From a virus (taxonomy: Duplodnaviria > Heunggongvirae > Uroviricota > Caudoviricetes): a DNA stretch of 64,000 nucleotides. Made by a program: the position numbers and the translations under genes. Positions within the stretch are counted from its first letter, which is position 1, and the number at the start of each line of letters is the position of its first letter. Below the pieces are notes generated by a model. That model ran no database searches. It was not told where the DNA came from and worked only from the letters and a program-made list of their open reading frames with translations. The DNA is taken from IMG/VR virus record IMGVR_UViG_3300044712_000123. One strand, 5' to 3'. Below are positions 58,653-64,000 of this stretch, piece after piece.

Positions 58653-59090
58653 GTGATGAATGTATTCCAACTCAATTATGAAGCCAGACTACAGAACTGG
58701 TACGATCTACGACAATCTCTCCAAAATGCAGACACTGCTACCAAATGTGTAGAAATAGACAAATGGTGGCAGTCTGCACCTCTAGTTAACCATTATCTAC
58801 ATCCGCAGGAAGTCTCTGCGTGGCCAGGCCCGTGGGATTTGTTGAACGACAACGAATACTGCTATCTAGCACGTGGTTTGGGAATGATATATACTTTGTT
58901 GCTATCGGGCATAGATGATATTGACTTCTGTATCGCAATAGACGATAATAGTGAAGAAGTTGCTATAGTCACGGTTGACAGCGCAAAATATATACTTAAT
59001 TACTGGCCCGATTCGGTTCTAAATAACAATCTAGCAGAATTTAAAGTAGTCCATAAAATAGACATAGATAAGATAAAAACAAAATTATAA
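58653..59090 (+). CDS. Hypothetical protein (start GTG 58653 or ATG 58656)
   Basis: MNVFQLNYEARLQNWYDLR...WWQSAPLV...WPGPWDLL..N.YC; GATAAGTA at 58640-58647. Confidence 0.75.
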   Translation: MMNVFQLNYEARLQNWYDLRQSLQNADTATKCVEIDKWWQSAPLVNHYLHPQEVSAWPGPWDLLNDNEYCYLARGLGMIYTLLLSGIDDIDFCIAIDDNSEEVAIVTVDSAKYILNYWPDSVLNNNLAEFKVVHKIDIDKIKTKL

Positions 59091-59098
59091 GGTGAAGA

Positions 59099-61420
59099 AT
59101 GATTATTAACGTTACCAAAAGAAGCGGTAAAAAAGAGCCACTCAATTTAGAAAAGTGGCAAGCGCAAGTTGCAAAGATTTGCGCAGGGATTGCAGACGTA
59201 AGTCCTTCAATGATTGAGATTCGCAGTAACCCTCATTTCTTTGATGGCATCACTACCTCTGAAATTGACAACATCACCCTACGAGCTATCGTAGACTTGA
59301 TTGACGTAGAATCAAACCCAGATGTTGGTCACACTAACTATCAATATGTAGCTGGTAAGCAACGGTTGAGTATGTTACGTAAAGACGTTTACGGCGAATA
59401 CGAGCCTCCCCGCTTGTATGACATCGTAAAGACAAACGTAGAGACTGGTTTGTATACCAGTGAGTTACTTGAATGGTACAGTGAAGAAGACTGGGACAAG
59501 ATGGATTCATTCTTGGATCACTCTAAAGATGAACAGTATTCTTATGCCGCCATTGAGCAACTGATTGAAAAATATCTTGTCAAGAACCGTTCAACAAAAC
59601 AAACGTATGAAACACCTCAAGTTCGTTACATGGTTGCGTCAGCAACTATCTTCCACAAAGAAGAACCTAACTCAGCACGTATGCGCTACATTAAAGAATA
59701 CTATAATGCGGCCAGCGACGGACTCTTTACTCTGGCAACACCCGTACTTGCCGGTCTGGGTACTCCTACTAAGCAATTTAGCTCTTGCGTATTGATTCGT
59801 AGTGATGACGATTTAGATTCAATCTTTGCATCAGGTGAAATGATGGCAAAGTATGCTAGTAAACGTGCTGGCATTGGCTTAGAGATTGGTCGTCTACGTT
59901 CATTGGGTTCACCTATTCGTGGTGGAGAGATTCAACACACCGGTATGATTCCATTCTTAAAGAAGTGGTTCGGTGACCTACGTTCATGTTCACAAGGGGG
60001 CATTCGCAATGCATCTGCTACGGTTTTCTATCCCATATGGCATCTTCAATTCGATGACCTTATTGTTCTCAAAAACAACCAAGGTACCGATGAGACAAGA
60101 GTACGATTCATGGATTACGGTGTGGTGCTTTCTGCATTCTTTTGGAGACGATTCAAGAATAAAGAAAATATTACCTTCTTTGACCCTAATGAAGTCCCAG
60201 ACCTCTATGAAGCCTTCTACTCTAATACAGCGTTGTTCGAAGAACTATATGTTAAGTATGAAAAACGCAAGGACCTCCGCAAGAAAATAATGAATGCAGA
60301 AGATGTGTTCAAAGGTGGCATCTTAAAAGAACGTACAGATACTGGTCGTATCTATCTGGTATTCATAGACAACGTAATGAATCAAGGTCCGTTTGACCCC
60401 GAATACCATACAATCTATCAAAGTAACCTTTGCTGTGAAATTCTTCTCCCTACTAAGTCTTTTAAACGTTTGGATGATCCTGATGGTCGCATTGCTCTAT
60501 GTACGTTGGGTAGTATTAACTGGGGAGCTTTCCGCAATCCAGAAGATATGCGTAGGGCTTGCCGTATTCTTCACCGCAGTCTTAACAACATTCTTGATTA
60601 TCAAGACTTTTTGAGCATTCAGAGTAAGCTATCTAACGATGAAATCAGACCAATCGGTATTGGCATCACTAACTTAGCATACTGGCATGCAAAGCGTAAC
60701 TTCAAGTATGGTGACAAAGATGCACTGCAAGAAGTTAAGAGTTGGATGGAACATCAAGCATATTACTTGACCGAATCAAGTGTTGAACTAGCACAAGAGC
60801 GTGGACGTTGTGCAAACAGTGACCAAACATACTACGGTAAGGGCATCTTCCCGTGGGAGCGTAGAGCAAATGGCGTTAACGAACTAGCAGACTTCACTCC
60901 AGAACTAAACTGGGAAGGCCTACGTGCATTGATGCGCAGCTATGGCGTCCGTAATGCTACACAAATGGCAGTCGCTCCTGTAGAATCTAGTTCTGTAGTA
61001 ATTAATTCTACTAACGGCATCGAAATGCCAATGAGTTTGATTACAGTCAAAGAATCTAAAGCAGGTTCATTCACTCAAGTGGTACCAGAGTATCACAGAT
61101 TGAAGAACAAGTATCAGTTGATGTGGGAACAAACTGATTGTGAAGCGTACTTGAAGACCAGCGCCGTCATTCAAGCATACGTTGACCAATCAATCAGTAC
61201 TAATACATTCTATAATCCTGCTCACTTTGCAGACAGAAAAGTCCCTACTACATTGATTGCTAAAAACTTGATGCAATCACATATGTGGGGCATTAAGACA
61301 TTCTACTATTCGCTAATCAACAAAGCAGGTAGCAAACAACAAGCAGAAGAGGCACCGACTGGACCAATGGAAGTCATTGATTTTGATGAACAAGAAGATT
61401 GCGAAAGTTGCAAATTATGA
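59099..61420 (+). CDS. nrdA: Ribonucleotide reductase class Ia alpha subunit with N-terminal ATP cone
   Basis: VTKRSG ATP-cone start, FSSCVL, SNLCCEI, ALCTLG, KTFYY and C-terminal CESCKL. Confidence 0.96.
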   Translation: MIINVTKRSGKKEPLNLEKWQAQVAKICAGIADVSPSMIEIRSNPHFFDGITTSEIDNITLRAIVDLIDVESNPDVGHTNYQYVAGKQRLSMLRKDVYGEYEPPRLYDIVKTNVETGLYTSELLEWYSEEDWDKMDSFLDHSKDEQYSYAAIEQLIEKYLVKNRSTKQTYETPQVRYMVASATIFHKEEPNSARMRYIKEYYNAASDGLFTLATPVLAGLGTPTKQFSSCVLIRSDDDLDSIFASGEMMAKYASKRAGIGLEIGRLRSLGSPIRGGEIQHTGMIPFLKKWFGDLRSCSQGGIRNASATVFYPIWHLQFDDLIVLKNNQGTDETRVRFMDYGVVLSAFFWRRFKNKENITFFDPNEVPDLYEAFYSNTALFEELYVKYEKRKDLRKKIMNAEDVFKGGILKERTDTGRIYLVFIDNVMNQGPFDPEYHTIYQSNLCCEILLPTKSFKRLDDPDGRIALCTLGSINWGAFRNPEDMRRACRILHRSLNNILDYQDFLSIQSKLSNDEIRPIGIGITNLAYWHAKRNFKYGDKDALQEVKSWMEHQAYYLTESSVELAQERGRCANSDQTYYGKGIFPWERRANGVNELADFTPELNWEGLRALMRSYGVRNATQMAVAPVESSSVVINSTNGIEMPMSLITVKESKAGSFTQVVPEYHRLKNKYQLMWEQTDCEAYLKTSAVIQAYVDQSISTNTFYNPAHFADRKVPTTLIAKNLMQSHMWGIKTFYYSLINKAGSKQQAEEAPTGPMEVIDFDEQEDCESCKL

Positions 61421-62517
61421 GCAAAGAACAATACAATTTAACCACTAAGACAGACTATTTGAATCGCAAGATGTTTCTGGACCCAGCAGGTCCGGTAACG
61501 ATTCAACGATTCGAAGAAGTCAAATATCAAAAGATCGCCAACTTTGAAACCACAGCACGTGGTTTCTTCTGGGTCCCAGAAGAAGTCTCATTGACCAAAG
61601 ATGCTAACGACTTCAAAGAGTCAAGCGAAGCAGTTAAGCACATCTTCACTAGCAACCTATTGCGTCAGACTGCATTAGACAGTTTGCAAGGTCGAGGCCC
61701 TGCTCAAGTGTTTACACCAGTAGTTAGTCTTCCTGAACTAGAAGCATTGATGTATAACTGGTCGTTCTTTGAAACAAACATTCATAGTCGTTCATACAGT
61801 CACATCATTCGTAACGTCTATAACGTTCCTAAAGATGTGTTTAACACAATTCATGATACGCAACCAATTATTAGCATGGCGTCTAGTGTTGGTATGTACT
61901 ATGAAACGTTGCATAGAATCAACTGTCGTAAAGAGATCGGTGAAGTTATCACTGAGCATGAACACATCAAAGCAATCTGGATGGCCTTACATGCATCTTA
62001 TGCATTGGAAGCGTTTAGATTCATGGTATCATTCGCTACAAGTCTAGCAATGGTAGAGAACAAAATCTTTATCGGTAACGGTAACATCATTAGTTTGATT
62101 CTACAAGACGAACTATTGCACAAGGGATGGACTGCATTCTTAATCAATCAAGTCATCAAAGATGATCCCCGTTTCTTAGCTGTCAAGGCTGAGTGTGAAC
62201 AAGAAGTCTATCAATTGTACATGGATGTTATCCGTGAAGAAAAAGAATGGGCAGACTATTTGTTTAACAAAGGTCCAGTCATTGGCTTGAATGCTACTGT
62301 ACTCAAAGACTTTGTTGACTACACCGCTAAAGATGCGTTGCATCAAATTGGTATCAAGTATCTAGCAAGTGCTCCTAAGAGTACACCTATCCCGTGGTTC
62401 AACAAGCACTCTGACACTAGCAAGAAGCAAACTGCACTACAAGAAAACGAATCAACAAACTATGTCATCGGGGTCATGTCTGATGTACTAGATTATAATT
62501 CTTTACCAAACATTTAA
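61417..62517 (+). CDS. nrdB: Ribonucleotide reductase class Ia beta subunit
   Basis: FFWVPEEV, QTALDSLQGR, IHSRSY, LEAFRF, DELLH and C-terminal NYVIG; ATG 61417 overlaps the nrdA stop (ATGA). Confidence 0.95.
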   Translation: MSKEQYNLTTKTDYLNRKMFLDPAGPVTIQRFEEVKYQKIANFETTARGFFWVPEEVSLTKDANDFKESSEAVKHIFTSNLLRQTALDSLQGRGPAQVFTPVVSLPELEALMYNWSFFETNIHSRSYSHIIRNVYNVPKDVFNTIHDTQPIISMASSVGMYYETLHRINCRKEIGEVITEHEHIKAIWMALHASYALEAFRFMVSFATSLAMVENKIFIGNGNIISLILQDELLHKGWTAFLINQVIKDDPRFLAVKAECEQEVYQLYMDVIREEKEWADYLFNKGPVIGLNATVLKDFVDYTAKDALHQIGIKYLASAPKSTPIPWFNKHSDTSKKQTALQENESTNYVIGVMSDVLDYNSLPNI

Positions 62518-62528
62518 AAGGAAATAAA

Positions 62529-62759
62529 ATGAAAGCAATCGTATGGAGTAAGTATCATTGTCCCTATTGTGACCAAGCTAAAGCACTTTTAACTCAAAAA
62601 GGAATCGCTTTTGAAGAACGTAAAATTGGTGACGGGTACACTAAAGAAGAATTGTTAGAAGCGATCCCAAACGCACGAACAGTTCCACAGATCATCTTAG
62701 ATGGTCAACTAATCGGTGGATTCACTGAACTTAAACAAAAACTAACAGAAAGCAACTAA
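62529..62759 (+). CDS. Glutaredoxin
   Basis: CPYC active site, RTVPQI and IGGF motifs; follows nrdAB. Confidence 0.93.
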   Translation: MKAIVWSKYHCPYCDQAKALLTQKGIAFEERKIGDGYTKEELLEAIPNARTVPQIILDGQLIGGFTELKQKLTESN

Positions 62760-63064
62760 TGCAAATCGCACTAAATTCAAACGAAGTATACACATTCAAA
62801 TTAAACTCAGGTGAAGAACTAATCGCTAAAGTAACTCAATCAGGTGGTGATTGGATTCAGATCGAAGAACCAGTTTCTATTGCACCTACACAGCAAGGTC
62901 CTACACTAATCCCTAGTGTCTTTACCGCAGATCCGAAGGAAGAATTCAAGCTAAATACTAATAGTATTGCAATTGTTGCAATTACAGACGATAGTTTGAA
63001 GATGAAATATCTTGAAGCTACTACTGGTATCAAAGTACCAGATAAGAAACTAATCTTAGGATAA
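62759..63064 (+). CDS. Hypothetical protein (possible Sm-like fold)
   Basis: FKLNSGEELIAKV...YLEATTGI pattern; abuts its neighbours. Confidence 0.7.
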   Translation: MQIALNSNEVYTFKLNSGEELIAKVTQSGGDWIQIEEPVSIAPTQQGPTLIPSVFTADPKEEFKLNTNSIAIVAITDDSLKMKYLEATTGIKVPDKKLILG

Positions 63065-63065
63065 T

Positions 63066-63359
63066 ATGGCAGGTATAAGCAGACAGGGTGATGCAAATCA
63101 AGAAGGTGGCAAAATTATTCGGGGCGCAGGCACCGTGTTTGCTAACGGTAAACCTGTCGGCTTACATACTAGTCAAATAACTGCACATGCGCCGTGGCCA
63201 CGTAGAAAATACAACCCCCATCCACCGCATGCTGCTGCAACAACAACTAGCGCAAGTGATAGTGTTTTCGCTGAAGGTAGTCAAGTTCTTAAAATAGGAT
63301 CAGGAAACAGTTGCGGTCATAGTATCGTTGAAGGTAGTTCTGACGTTAACGTTCCATGA
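63066..63359 (+). CDS. PAAR-like spike-tip protein (gp5.4-like)
   Basis: ISRQGD...GAGTVFANGKP...H...PHPPH...SVFAEG...CGHSIVEGSSDV. Confidence 0.85.
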   Translation: MAGISRQGDANQEGGKIIRGAGTVFANGKPVGLHTSQITAHAPWPRRKYNPHPPHAAATTTSASDSVFAEGSQVLKIGSGNSCGHSIVEGSSDVNVP

Positions 63360-64000
63360 GTACAGGTAAACAAACTCCAATGGGCATTGATGCCCTTACT
63401 GCGCTGTTACAGAATACTGGGTTGACAATCAATCCGGGTGTTACTACATATGTAGGTACCAGTCATATAACTAGCTCATATACTCCGGGTACAATAGTTA
63501 CCTCGACTGCATTGAACTATCTTGTACAAGCTATTCAAAATGCATACCCAAGACTAGCTACTTTAGAAATCACATCAACTACGTATAACAATCTTATTTC
63601 TATTGGGTCTACTACTATTCCAGCATTAGGAGATAGTAAACCATCTACATACACCTTCACTGGTTACGTAAATGATGGAGATCCTGACCGAGACGAACCT
63701 ACTCCCGGTGTTTCGTGGTTGCCATATGATTCTACTAATCCAGTAACACAAGCTGGGTTCATTCGTTTGTTTGCACTACAGGCGTGGAACGAATTTAATT
63801 GGAATGGTCCTAGTGCTGCATCATCGGTAGTGTATAAAGATTTCTTGTCTTCTTTTAGTAATTGCGAAAGTGTAGCTAGTTACTATAACAAGTCTATCAA
63901 CATAATGAACAATGCCTCTACGTTCTTGGAAGGAACGTATAGCAATATGGATGATTTGATTACTGCTGACATTGCGGGAGTAAATCTTGCAATGCGAACA
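63356..64000 (+). CDS. Hypothetical, probably structural, protein; 3' end outside the window
   Basis: ATG 63356 overlaps the PAAR stop (ATGA); reads MSTGKQTPMGIDALTALLQNTGLTINPG...SIGSTTIPALGDSKP; missing from the ORF track, consistent with truncation at the edge. Confidence 0.75.
   Translation, partial: MSTGKQTPMGIDALTALLQNTGLTINPGVTTYVGTSHITSSYTPGTIVTSTALNYLVQAIQNAYPRLATLEITSTTYNNLISIGSTTIPALGDSKPSTYTFTGYVNDGDPDRDEPTPGVSWLPYDSTNPVTQAGFIRLFALQAWNEFNWNGPSAASSVVYKDFLSSFSNCESVASYYNKSINIMNNASTFLEGTYSNMDDLITADIAGVNLAMRT

Noticed and set aside
30210-61416. Upstream starts given in the track (30210, 33335, 44652, 47160, 58599, 61399)
   Set aside because: Each overlaps a promoter, terminator or neighbouring gene; downstream starts at 30231, 33350, 44724, 47052, 58653/58656 and 61417 fit better
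59099-62517. Introns or inteins in nrdA/nrdB
   Set aside because: Both genes are of normal length with contiguous motifs
1-64000. Stop-codon reassignment
   Set aside because: Core genes are full length in the standard code, and TAA, TAG and TGA all serve as stops
1-64000. CRISPR array, tRNA genes, integrase or transposase
   Set aside because: None recognised; all repeats found lie within coding frames and lack spacer structure

Overview
This window is a 64 kb segment of a large, AT-rich, T4-superfamily-like myovirus genome using the standard genetic code. Bases 1-28104 (minus strand) are a baseplate module. It includes a giant structural ORF of at least 5491 codons that starts at 16474 and runs off the left edge, so the ORF track misses it, followed by gp6-, gp25-, gp5-, gp27-, gp53- and gp48/54-like genes. 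From 28233 on the plus strand come a gp55-like late sigma factor, a GT-like insert, the gp47/gp46 nuclease pair and a Holliday-junction resolvase. Next is a ~550 nt non-coding interval holding a densely base-paired, probably novel ~360 nt structured RNA, followed by twin C-GAA-G DNA-type hairpins; this is the best candidate for an undescribed system. A tail-chaperone gene with a -1 slippery site into an unannotated ORF lies divergent from the tape measure gene, which ends in an M15 peptidase domain. The head module follows (portal, protease, scaffold, major capsid), then a small accessory cluster, three mosaic fibre genes, nrdA/nrdB/glutaredoxin and a PAAR gene. A T4-late-like promoter motif (NNTAA[A/G]TA) precedes most transcription units and often sits 4-5 nt before the start codon, implying leaderless mRNAs. 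All assignments come from reading motifs by eye; no database searches or folding programs were run.
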